From the NCBI GenBank assembly GCA_963776345.1, contig CAVZMH010000013.1, positions 192,001 to 256,000 on the forward strand: 64,000 nt of DNA, given 5' to 3'. Shown in pieces: positions 22,376 to 31,114 of this stretch (position 1 is the first letter of the stretch; each line of letters opens with the position of its first letter). The translations under genes and the position numbers were made by a program. Under the pieces are notes generated by a model that saw only the letters and a program-made list of their open reading frames with translations, ran no database searches and had not been told where the DNA came from. Origin of the DNA: an uncultured delta proteobacterium (GTDB taxonomy: Bacteria > Myxococcota > Myxococcia > Myxococcales > Myxococcaceae).

Positions 22376-22837
22376 ATGAGCGACGCCATCGTCCTGCGGC
22401 AGGTGAGCAAGACCTTCCGCAAGAGCACCATCAAGCGGGAGTACACCACCGTGAAGAGCGAGGTGGTGCGCTGGCTGCGGCGCCAGAAGCGGCCGGAGGC
22501 GCCGTCCTCGAGCATCCACGCGCTCCGGGACGTCTCGCTGACCGTGCCGGAGGGGAAGACCTACGGGCTGGTGGGCCGGAACGGCTCGGGCAAGTCGACC
22601 TTGTTGAAGCTGGTGACCGGCATCTACTCTCCGACCTCGGGGACGGTGGAGGTGCATGGCCGCATCTCCGCGCTGCTGGAGCTGGGCGCGGGCTTCCATC
22701 CGGACTTCTCGGGCCGGGAGAACATCCTGGTGAACGGGATCATCCTCGGGATGTCGCGGAAGGAGATCCGCTCCCGGGTGGACGAGATCATCGAGTTCTC
22801 CGAGCTGGGCGACTTCATCGACGAGCCGGTGCGCACC
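22376..22837 (+). pseudogene. wzt: Polysaccharide ABC transporter ATPase Wzt, truncated after about 154 codons
   Basis: Walker [26 protein letters not shown] and DFIDEPVRT. The expected YSSGM signature is absent and unrelated sequence follows. Confidence 0.85.
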
Positions 22838-23152
22838 CCCGGATCTCGTGGTGAGACCGGCCGAGGTGGTCCGGGCGTGGCGATCGTCCCGGCGACCCAG
22901 ATCGCCACCGCGTCGGCGTCCTCCCACGGACCCTCGAGGCGATCGCCGATCTGGAGACGGACCGCGTCGCCGAGCGTGACCAGGCGCTCCCACCTCGATC
23001 GCCAGCTCGGATCGAGCGGTGTCCCCGGATGCAGGTGGACCGAGAGGGCCACGTGCTCCTGGGCGAGCAAGGAGAACAGCGACTCCTCGACGTCCCACGG
23101 GTCGTCCGTCCAGGGGACGAGGTGGACCCGGATGCTGCGGAGGGGGGCTCAC
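22838..23152 (-). pseudogene. 5' fragment of a GT2-like gene, frameshifted and cut at the junction with wzt
   Basis: GTG start overlaps the upstream stop. It reads [25 protein letters not shown].. if one C is removed from the homopolymer. Confidence 0.5.
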
Positions 23153-23963
23153 CAGCGTGACCTCGCGAAGCGGACCCCGTGGCGGAAGTCGGCGACGGAC
23201 CGGGCCTTCGGGGAAACGGGGGAGATTGGCGGATGCTCGAGCCTCTCGCCGGACAGCTCACGGTAGAGACGCTCGTGGCTGCGGGCGAACGCGCCCGCCC
23301 CCCACTTGCGGCCCAGATACGCCGCGCTGCGGAGCACTTGAAGTCGCCGGCCACGGGTGAGCGGCCGGTACTCGACCCAGTGCAGGACCCGCGCCCCGGC
23401 CGCGGTGCGGCTCTGGAGCCCTGCGGCGCGGACGCGCCAGGACAGGTCCACGTCCTCGCCGTACATGAAGAGCGCCTCGTCGAACCCTCCGGTCGCCTCG
23501 AACGCCGCGCGGGTGACGAGGAGCGCGGTGCCGGTGCACCAGGGCGTCTCCCCCGTCCCGGAGTGGTAGGGCTTGGGGTGCTCCTCGGGGAAGGTCCGCG
23601 CGTCGACGCAGACCCGTCCCGGGGAGCGCGGCGGTGGACCAGAGCGCGGCCAGGCACGCGGGATGCGAGCACCGCGTCCGGGTTCAGGCAGAGGTAGGCG
23701 CCGGCCCCGCCTTCGAAGGCGGCCTTCATCCCCGCGTTGTGGGCCGCCCCGAATCCGCGGTTCTCGCCGGTCCAGCGGTACGTGGCATCGGGGAGGAGCG
23801 CGCGCGCGTCGAGCCCGAGCCCGTCGTCGGCAGAGTTGTCGAGGAGCTGAACCTCGAGGCGGAGGTCCGGCTCCAGCACCGACGCCCGGATCGAGCCGGC
23901 GAGATGGCGAAGCTCGTCCGGCGCGTTCCCGTACAGGACGATGCCCAGACGGAGGAGGGGCAC
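23149..23963 (-). CDS. GT2 glycosyltransferase (rhamnosyltransferase-like); frameshifted near 23,620-23,670
   Basis: [14 protein letters not shown] and LNPD, then [19 protein letters not shown] in another frame. Confidence 0.8.
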
Positions 23964-24007
23964 GGCTCAGCGCCGCTCCGGCGCGGGCGGCAGGCCAGGG
24001 CCGCGCA

Positions 24008-24559
24008 TCACCCGGGGTACGACGGCAGCACCGGGGCGTGGCGAGCGGAGGGGCCTCTCGGTCCTTCGCCGAGAGGAGCGGTTCGGGGACGGGCCAGCGG
24101 ATGCCGATGGCCGGGTCGTTCCAGGCGATGGTCCGGTCGAGCTCCGGCGCGTAGACCTCGGTGCACTTGTAGAAGAAGTCGGCGGACTCGCTCAGCACGC
24201 AGAAGCCGTGCGCGAAGCCGGCGGGAATCCAGAGCTGGCGCGGCTGCTCGCCGGACAGCTCGACGCCCACCCACTTCCCGAAGCGGGGCGACCCACGCCG
24301 GATGTCGACCGCGACGTCGAAGACCGCTCCCGCGAAGCACCTGCACCAGCTTCCCCTGCGCACGCGGCTCCTGGAAGTGCAGGCCCCGCAGGGTGCCACG
24401 AACCGATCGCGAGTGGTTGTCCTGCACGAACGGACCGGGGATGCCGGCCTCGGCGTAGCGCCGGGCCTGGTAGCTCTCGTAGAAGTGTCCGCGCGCGTCG
24501 CCGAAGATCCTGGGCTCGATCAGCAGGATCTCCGGGAGCTCGGTGGGGGTGACCTTCAT
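24008..24559 (-). CDS. rmlC: dTDP-4-dehydrorhamnose 3,5-epimerase; frameshifted
   Basis: [39 protein letters not shown] and GFAHGF across frames. Confidence 0.9.
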   Translation of the reverse strand: MKVTPTELPEILLIEPRIFGDARGHFYESYQARRYAEAGIPGPFVQDNHSRSVRGTLRGLHFQEPRAQGKLVQVLRGSGLRRRGRHPAWVAPLREVGGRRAVRRAAAPALDSRRLRARLLRAERVRRLLLQVHRGLRAGARPDHRLERPGHRHPLARPRTAPLGEGPRGPSARHAPVLPSYPG

Positions 24560-25443
24560 CCGATCGCTCCCCGGTTCTCGAGCAGGTCGAGGAGGTAGCG
24601 ACCGTAGTCGTTCTTGCGCATCGGCTCGGCGAGCGCCCGGAGCTGCCGCCTCGCCGATGTAGCCCATCCGGAAGGCGATCTCCTCCGGGCAGGAGATCTT
24701 CAGGCCCTGGCGCCGCTCGACGATCTCGATGAAGGTCGAGGCGTTCTGGAGCGATTCGTGGGTCCCGGTGTCGAGCCAGGCGAAGCCCCGCCCCAGGACC
24801 TCGACGTGGAGCGTCCCGGCCTCGAGGTAGGCCCGGTTGACGTCGGTGATCTCCAGCTCGCCCCGGGCGGAGGGCCGCAGACCTCGCGGCGATGTCCAGG
24901 ACGCGGTTGTCGTAGAAGTAGAGGCCGGTCACCGCGTAGTTCGAGCGCGGGCGAGCCGGCTTCTCCTCGATGGAGACGGCCCGGTTCTCCGGGCCCAGCT
25001 CCACCACCCCGTACCGCTCGGGATCGCGCACGTAGTACGCGAAGACGGTGGCGCCCGCGGTCCGCGGCCGCGGCCGGCGCGCAGGTGCTCGGGCAGACCG
25101 TGGCCGTGGAAGATGTTGTCCCCGAGGACCAGCGCCACGCGGTCCTGGTCCGACGAAGTCGCGGCCGATGAGGAACGCCTGGGCCAGACCCTCGGGGCGG
25201 GGCTGGGCGGCGTACTCGAATCGTAGCCCCCACTGCTCGCCGGTGCCGAGGAGCTCGCGGAACCGCGGCAGATCCTGCGGGGTGGAGATGATCAGGATGT
25301 CCCGGATCCCCGCGAGCATCAGCGTGCTCAGCGGGTAGTAGACCATCGGCTTGTCGTAGATCGGGAGCAGCTGCTTGCTGACTGACGCGGGTCAGCGGGT
25401 ACAGGCGCGTGCCGGAGCCGCCGGCCAGGACGATTCCCTTCAC
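24556..25443 (-). CDS. rmlA: Glucose-1-phosphate thymidylyltransferase; several frameshifts
   Basis: [50 protein letters not shown] and WLDTGT across frames. Confidence 0.92.
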
Positions 25444-26333
25444 CTCCGGCCCTCCACCTCGGCCCGGAACTGCTCCAGGGACGCGCGTAGCGCGAGCGGC
25501 CGGGCAGCGAGGGTGGACAGGGCCTTGTCGACCCGGAGGCCGCTGCGGGGTGGACGCGGGCTGGCCATCCCCCCCTCGGCGAGCCGGATGGGGACCAGCA
25601 GTCGGCGGTCGAGCGCGAACACGTCGGCCAGAGCTTCCCCGAACTGCATCCGGTTGACCACGTCCGCGCCGGCCACGTTCCAGATGCCGGGGAGCCGCCG
25701 CGCGGCCAGCTCGGCCAGCTGCTCGGCCACGTTCAGCGCCAGGCTGGGCGAGACGAACTGGTCCACGAAGAGGCGCGCCGTCCTGCCCTCCCGGAGCGTC
25801 TCCAGGAGCCAGCTCCCGAAGTTGGGTCGCTGCGAGGGCGGGTAGCCGTAGACGACGGCCGTGCGGGCGATCGCCCAGCTGCCGGCGAGGAGCCGGACGG
25901 CCTCCTCCCCGAGCCACTTGGTGCGCGCGTAGACCCCGGAGGGGTTGGGGCGGGCCTCCTCGTCGTAGGGGCCGTCCTGGCCGTCGAAGACGTAGTCGGT
26001 CGAGACGGAGACCAGATGCGCGCCCATCGCCCGGGCGTGGCGTGCGACGTGGGCTGCGGCGAGCACGTTGGCAGCCCAGGCCGCGTCGGGGGCGCGTTCA
26101 CACGCGTCGACCTCGGTCATCGACGCGGTGTGGACGATGACCTCGGGGCGCGCGGCAGTGAGCGCCCGCGCCGTGCCCTCGTGATCCGCCAGGTCGCAGC
26201 TCAGGTACTCGAAGTCGCCGACGGTCCGGCGCTCTCCGCGCGCGATCGCGGTGACCACGTGTCCCTGGACCACGAGGAGCCGGCAGAGCCGGCTGCCCAC
26301 GAGTCCGTTGGCTCCGGTGACGGTGATGCGCAT
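25440..26333 (-). CDS. rmlD: dTDP-4-dehydrorhamnose reductase (SDR)
   Basis: TGANGLVG, T.VD.CE, STDYVFDG and Y..TK..GE. Confidence 0.9.
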   Translation of the reverse strand: MRITVTGANGLVGSRLCRLLVVQGHVVTAIARGERRTVGDFEYLSCDLADHEGTARALTAARPEVIVHTASMTEVDACERAPDAAWAANVLAAAHVARHARAMGAHLVSVSTDYVFDGQDGPYDEEARPNPSGVYARTKWLGEEAVRLLAGSWAIARTAVVYGYPPSQRPNFGSWLLETLREGRTARLFVDQFVSPSLALNVAEQLAELAARRLPGIWNVAGADVVNRMQFGEALADVFALDRRLLVPIRLAEGGMASPRPPRSGLRVDKALSTLAARPLALRASLEQFRAEVEGRR

Positions 26334-26343
26334 GTTCGACAGG

Positions 26344-27363
26344 CTAGCTCCCGAGCCGGCCCCGGTACTGCGTCTCGTAGTACTGCCGGTAAGCGCCGCT
26401 CTTCACGTGCTTCCACCAGTCGGGGTGGTCGACGTACCAGCGCACTGTGGGCTCGAGCCCCTGCTGGAAGGTGCGCTGAGGCGTCCAGCCGAGCTGGGTG
26501 CGGATCTTGGTCGGGTCGATGGCGTAGCGCCGGTCGTGCCCGGGACGATCCTGCACGAAGCGGATGAGACTCTCGGGCTTCCTGAGCGTCGCGAGGAGCA
26601 TCTTCACCAGATCGATGTTGCGCTGCTCGGCACCCCCTCCGATGTTGTAGACCTCGCCTGCCCTCCCCCGCTCGAGCACCGCGAGCAGCGCCCGGCAGTG
26701 GTCCTCGACGTGGAGCCAGTCACGGACGTTGCCCCCGTCGCCGTAGACGGGAAGCGGCTCATCGTGGAGGGCGTTGACCACCATCAGGGGAATCAGCTTC
26801 TCTGGGAACTGGTACGGCCCGTAGTTGTTCGAGCAGCGGGTGACGACGACGTCGAGCCCGAAGGTGTGGTGGAAGGCGAGTGCCAGGAGGTCGGCGGCGG
26901 CCTTGGAGGCGGAGTACGGGCTCGATGGCTGCAGCGGCGAGGTCTCGGTGAAGGCGCCGGTCGGCCCGAGCGAGCCGTAGACCTCGTCGGTGGAGACCAT
27001 CACGAAACGCTGGACCCCCCGGCGGTGGCAGGCCTCGAGCAGCACCTGGGTGCCGAGCACGTTGGTCCGGACGAAGAGCTCGGGGCCGAGGATCGAGCGG
27101 TCCACGTGGCTCTCGGCCGCCAGGTGGAGCACGGCGTCGATCCGGTGCTGCCCCAGCAGGTACTCGACGAGCTCGCGGTTGCCGATGTCGCCCCGGACGA
27201 AGACGTGCCCCGGGTCACCCTCGAGCTCGCTCAGGTTCTCGAGGTTCCCGGCGTAGGTGAGCAGATCGAGGTTGACCACCGTCCAGCCCGGCCGCTCGCC
27301 ACGCAGATGGCGGACCAGGTTGGAGCCGATGAACCCGCAGCCGCCGGTCACCAGGACGTTCAT
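26344..27363 (-). CDS. rmlB: dTDP-glucose 4,6-dehydratase
   Basis: TGGCGFIGS, AAESHVDRSI, STDEVYG, SPYSASKA and DRPGHDRRY. Confidence 0.96.
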   Translation of the reverse strand: MNVLVTGGCGFIGSNLVRHLRGERPGWTVVNLDLLTYAGNLENLSELEGDPGHVFVRGDIGNRELVEYLLGQHRIDAVLHLAAESHVDRSILGPELFVRTNVLGTQVLLEACHRRGVQRFVMVSTDEVYGSLGPTGAFTETSPLQPSSPYSASKAAADLLALAFHHTFGLDVVVTRCSNNYGPYQFPEKLIPLMVVNALHDEPLPVYGDGGNVRDWLHVEDHCRALLAVLERGRAGEVYNIGGGAEQRNIDLVKMLLATLRKPESLIRFVQDRPGHDRRYAIDPTKIRTQLGWTPQRTFQQGLEPTVRWYVDHPDWWKHVKSGAYRQYYETQYRGRLGS

Positions 27364-27596
27364 GAGGATCGGACTTTCGTTTCATGCGTTCCTGGCCGAG
27401 TCAAGACATCCGCCCCGCTCGCGGGCTCCGTCGTTGCGCCGGCCGACCTCTCCACCTGTGCGCAGCTCTCTGGTAGAGAGCCCAATCGTCCGGGGCCCGT
27501 CCTCGTCCACAGAGGTGGCCGGCCGGTCGCCGCCTGGGGGACTCCCGGAACCACTCGAGGCTGATCCTGATCGATCCGAATACCGCCCCGCGCGCC

Positions 27597-29129
27597 GTGA
27601 CCCCGAGATCGGGTCGTCTCCTCTCGTGGTCGAGCGAGGGCGCGGGCTGGATCCTTCGCCGGCTGCCCGCGGTCTCCGCGACGGTGCTGCTCGGCACGGC
27701 GACGGCCAAGGCGCTGCTCGACTTCGACATCTCCTGGGACTCGATCGCCTACCATCTGCCCTTCGCCGCGCTGAAGAGCGGGCTGGTCGACCCGGCGCGG
27801 TACGAGCTCACCGGGATGCTCCGCTTCTACTACGACGGGTTTCCTGCGCTCCCGTCGTACCTCAAGGGCGCGCTGTGGTCGTTGCTGGGCCGGCCAGAGG
27901 GGGCAAATCTGTTGTCCCTCCTGAGCTTCGTCTGCTTGCCGCTCTACGTCTGGCGCGTGTGGCGGATCCCATTCGCCTGGGCGGTGATTGCGCTCCTGGC
28001 CATCCCCACGGTCCAGGTCAGCGTGGCCTGCAACCAGATCGATCTGCCGGCCAACGTCTTCATGGCCATCTTCGTGCTCTCGCTCTGCGATGCGGCAGCG
28101 CGTCCGCTCGAGTTCGGCGCGAGGAAGGCGGTGGTGGCGATCCTCGCCGCCGGACTCGCCGCGAACTCCAAGCCGCAGATGGTGGTCCACGTGGGCGTCT
28201 GGATGGTCGTCGCGCTCGGCCTCGCCGCGGCGGGACTCCGGAGACGGGTGCGCGCCCCGGTGCTCGAGTCGGCACGGGCACGTCCGGCCCTGGCGGGGCT
28301 CCTGCTCGCGCTGGCGGTCCCGCTGGTGTTCGCGGCCCCCCTGGCGAACTGGATTCACCGCGGCAATCCCTTCTACCCGATCGGTCTGCGCGTCGCGGGC
28401 CACACCGTCTTTCAGGGCCCGCTCCCTCCGAGCGGGCTCTGGCCCGAGCCTCTCTACTCGGCGCGCTATCCCCAGCCGCTCCGCTGGCTGCTCTCGGTGC
28501 TCGAGTTCCGGGCGTTCGACTACCGCTACCTCCCATACACGCTGGGGAACGGGAACGTGCCGGCGGATGCGATGAGCATGCGGGTGGGCGGCTACATGGG
28601 CCTGCTGGTCCTCGTCACCCTTGGGTTGTTCGTCCTCTCCCTCCGGTCGCGACGTGATCGCCTCACCACCACCTTCGCCGTGATGCTCGGGTTGACCGGC
28701 CTGCTCTCCGCTTTCACCCCGGGCTCTCACGAGCTCCGGTACGCGGCCTACTGGATGATGGCCCTGGTGTTGACGACGTTCGTCCTGCTCGCCGCGGAGA
28801 AGAGCCAGCTCACGGTCTACAAGCTGTTCATCGCGTCGACGCTGGTCTACGTGATCTCCATCACCGGGGCCCAGCACTTGCTCCCGACCGGAAAGGACTT
28901 CGCCTACTACCAGCGGACCCTGGGCGTGGCCCCGTCACTGGAGCGCACGGTGCACGCCGGCGAGACCCTCTGTCTGCGGAGCAACCCGCAGAGCGCGTTC
29001 CTCTACGCACCCGAGTTCCATCCGCAGATCGCCGCCCGCCACCCCTACCGGGTGCGGGTGGAGGGCTTCACTCCGGGGAGCCCGGGCAACCTCTCCACCG
29101 GCAGCGGCGTCTGTACCTGGGTGGAGTGA
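27597..29129 (+). CDS. Polytopic membrane protein, probable GT-C-fold glycosyltransferase
   Basis: About 10-12 hydrophobic segments; first loop SWDSIAYHLP; directly upstream of a polyprenol-P GT2. Confidence 0.6.
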   Translation: MTPRSGRLLSWSSEGAGWILRRLPAVSATVLLGTATAKALLDFDISWDSIAYHLPFAALKSGLVDPARYELTGMLRFYYDGFPALPSYLKGALWSLLGRPEGANLLSLLSFVCLPLYVWRVWRIPFAWAVIALLAIPTVQVSVACNQIDLPANVFMAIFVLSLCDAAARPLEFGARKAVVAILAAGLAANSKPQMVVHVGVWMVVALGLAAAGLRRRVRAPVLESARARPALAGLLLALAVPLVFAAPLANWIHRGNPFYPIGLRVAGHTVFQGPLPPSGLWPEPLYSARYPQPLRWLLSVLEFRAFDYRYLPYTLGNGNVPADAMSMRVGGYMGLLVLVTLGLFVLSLRSRRDRLTTTFAVMLGLTGLLSAFTPGSHELRYAAYWMMALVLTTFVLLAAEKSQLTVYKLFIASTLVYVISITGAQHLLPTGKDFAYYQRTLGVAPSLERTVHAGETLCLRSNPQSAFLYAPEFHPQIAARHPYRVRVEGFTPGSPGNLSTGSGVCTWVE

Positions 29130-29150
29130 CCTTCTGGAGAGGGATCAACC

Positions 29151-30407
29151 GTGAGCTCACCTGGGCCAGTCCGGAGCGAACCAAAGAACTCGAAGGAGGG
29201 CGCGCGCCTCAACCTCCTCATCACCATCCCCGCCCTGAACGAGGAGGACAGCATCGCCTCGATCATCGAGCGCACGCTCGCCGCGCGGAGGAACATCGTC
29301 GAGCGGTCGCCGGTGACCGCCGTCGAGGTGGTGGTGGTGAGCGACGGCTCGACGGACCGGACGGTGGAGATCGCCCGCCGCTACGAGCCCGAGATCCGGC
29401 TGATCGTCTTCGAGAAGAACCGGGGCTACGGGGCGGCAATCAAGAGCGGCTGGCAGAGCTCCGACGCGGAGCTGCTGAGCTTCCTCGACGCCGACGGAAC
29501 CTGCGATCCCAACTTCTTCGTCAACCTCTGCAACCTCATCGAGTCCATGGACGCGGACGTGGTCCTCGGATGCCGTATGACTCGGCAGAGCAGGATGCCC
29601 CTGCTCCGGCGGGTGGGGAACTTCATCTTCGCCGTCCTGCTCAGCTTCTTCTCGTCCTCGAAGGTTCGTGACACCGCGAGCGGGATGCGGGTGGTGCGCC
29701 GCTCCAGCCTCCCCAAGCTGTTCCCGCTCCCGGACGGGATGCACTTCACCCCGGCGATGAGCGCCCGGGCGATCCTCTCGCCGCAGCTGCGCATCTTCGA
29801 GGAGGAGATGCCGTACCACGAGCGCGCGGGCGAATCGAAGCTCCGGGTGGTGCGTGACGGTCTGCGCTTCCTGCGGGTGATCGTCGAGGCGGCGTTCCTC
29901 TACCGGCCGTCGCGCCCGCTGGGCTTCGTGGGCGCACTTTTCGTGATCGTCGCGGCGCTGCTCCTGGTCTCGCCGGCTGCGTACTACCTCCGCCACCACC
30001 GGCTCTTCGAGTGGATGATCTACCGCTTCGTGGTGGCGGAACTCCTGACGCACAGCGGGGTGCTCCTCCTCTGCGCGAGCTATCTGGTCCACCGCATCGT
30101 GGAGATGGTGCTCCAGCTCGGCGACGATGCGTCGGGGTTTCACCGGGCGATCCGCTGGCTCATCCGCGGCTGGTTCCTCTGGGTCACCGTGGTGGCGCTC
30201 CTGGTGCTCGGAGGGGTCCTCGTCGCACCGAGCTTCCTCGAGCTGGTCCGGACCGGGGCCACCTACGAGCACTGGTCCCGCTTCATCGCCATGGGCGTCT
30301 CGGTCGGCGTGGCGCTGATCCTGGTGGTGACCCGGGTGATGGACTTCTCGCTCGACCTGCTCCAGGAACGGCTCGCCTACCTGCGCTCCTCGTCGCCCCA
30401 CGGGTGA
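29151..30407 (+). CDS. GT2 of DPM1/polyprenol-phosphate glycosyltransferase type, with C-terminal TM domain
   Basis: IPALNEE, DGSTD.T, NRGYG.A, DADG, D..SGMR and R.GESK, plus about four TM helices. Confidence 0.85.
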   Translation: MSSPGPVRSEPKNSKEGARLNLLITIPALNEEDSIASIIERTLAARRNIVERSPVTAVEVVVVSDGSTDRTVEIARRYEPEIRLIVFEKNRGYGAAIKSGWQSSDAELLSFLDADGTCDPNFFVNLCNLIESMDADVVLGCRMTRQSRMPLLRRVGNFIFAVLLSFFSSSKVRDTASGMRVVRRSSLPKLFPLPDGMHFTPAMSARAILSPQLRIFEEEMPYHERAGESKLRVVRDGLRFLRVIVEAAFLYRPSRPLGFVGALFVIVAALLLVSPAAYYLRHHRLFEWMIYRFVVAELLTHSGVLLLCASYLVHRIVEMVLQLGDDASGFHRAIRWLIRGWFLWVTVVALLVLGGVLVAPSFLELVRTGATYEHWSRFIAMGVSVGVALILVVTRVMDFSLDLLQERLAYLRSSSPHG

Positions 30408-31091
30408 CTAGGCGAGGCGGGGCGTGCCCACGTACATCAGCTTCCCCCAGGCCACGCGCTGCCGCTCGGAGGTGAAGCGCGAGGCGAGCAACGCCAGGAT
30501 CGGCCCCGCGGCTCCGAGCCATCGCTCGTACGTGGTCCGCTCATAGTGGGTCATCGTCGCGAAGGCGTCCATCTTGTTGGAGAGCTTCCGCACCACCGGC
30601 TTCTCGCTCACCCAGTGGACCAGGTCGAGAAAGGGAGTCCGCCAGGGCTCCACCGCGACGAAGCGTCCACCGGGCCGGAGCACCCGGGCGACCTCGGTCA
30701 GGGTCTGCTCCAGGTCCGGGAGCCCCTCGAGGTGGTGGAGCCCGCCCTGGACGATCAGGATGTCCCGCGACCGGTCCTCGAACGGAAGACGCCGGCAGTC
30801 GGCCGCGTAGGTCACGGCGCGCCCCCGGTACTGGGCGAGCAACGCCGGAGAGAGGTCGACACCCTCCAGGCGGCCGAACCCCAGCGCCTCGAGGGCATGG
30901 ATGCCGTTCCCCCGGCCACAGAAGATCTCGACGATCTGCGAATCCTTCGGCCAGTCGTTGGCCCCGAGCCGGCGCAGCCGCCGGAGGAACTTCCGGCGCT
31001 CCTCCTCGGGCGTCTCGAAGCGAGCGTAGGCCTCCTCCCAGGGGCTGGGCTGGATGGCCTCGGAGCCGGTCTGTTGCGAGCTGTGGGTCAC
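30408..31091 (-). CDS. Class I SAM-dependent methyltransferase
   Basis: VEIFCGRG, GVDLS, LPFED, LHH and RVLRPGG. Confidence 0.88.
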   Translation of the reverse strand: MTHSSQQTGSEAIQPSPWEEAYARFETPEEERRKFLRRLRRLGANDWPKDSQIVEIFCGRGNGIHALEALGFGRLEGVDLSPALLAQYRGRAVTYAADCRRLPFEDRSRDILIVQGGLHHLEGLPDLEQTLTEVARVLRPGGRFVAVEPWRTPFLDLVHWVSEKPVVRKLSNKMDAFATMTHYERTTYERWLGAAGPILALLASRFTSERQRVAWGKLMYVGTPRLA

Positions 31092-31114
31092 GGCACCTCC
31101 TACAGGACGAACGC

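Noticed and set aside
22376..23266. Full-length 296-aa Wzt
   Set aside because: The sequence after DEPVRT lacks the ABC signature and Walker B and is the antisense of another gene.
24008..25443. Programmed frameshifting or phase variation in rmlA/rmlC
   Set aside because: Too many scattered indels, with no slippery motifs or long simple repeats; sequencing error is simpler.
27578..27590. ops/JUMPStart element upstream of rmlB (GGCGGTATTC on the minus strand)
   Set aside because: Only a partial match to GGCGGTAG, which is likely by chance at this GC content.
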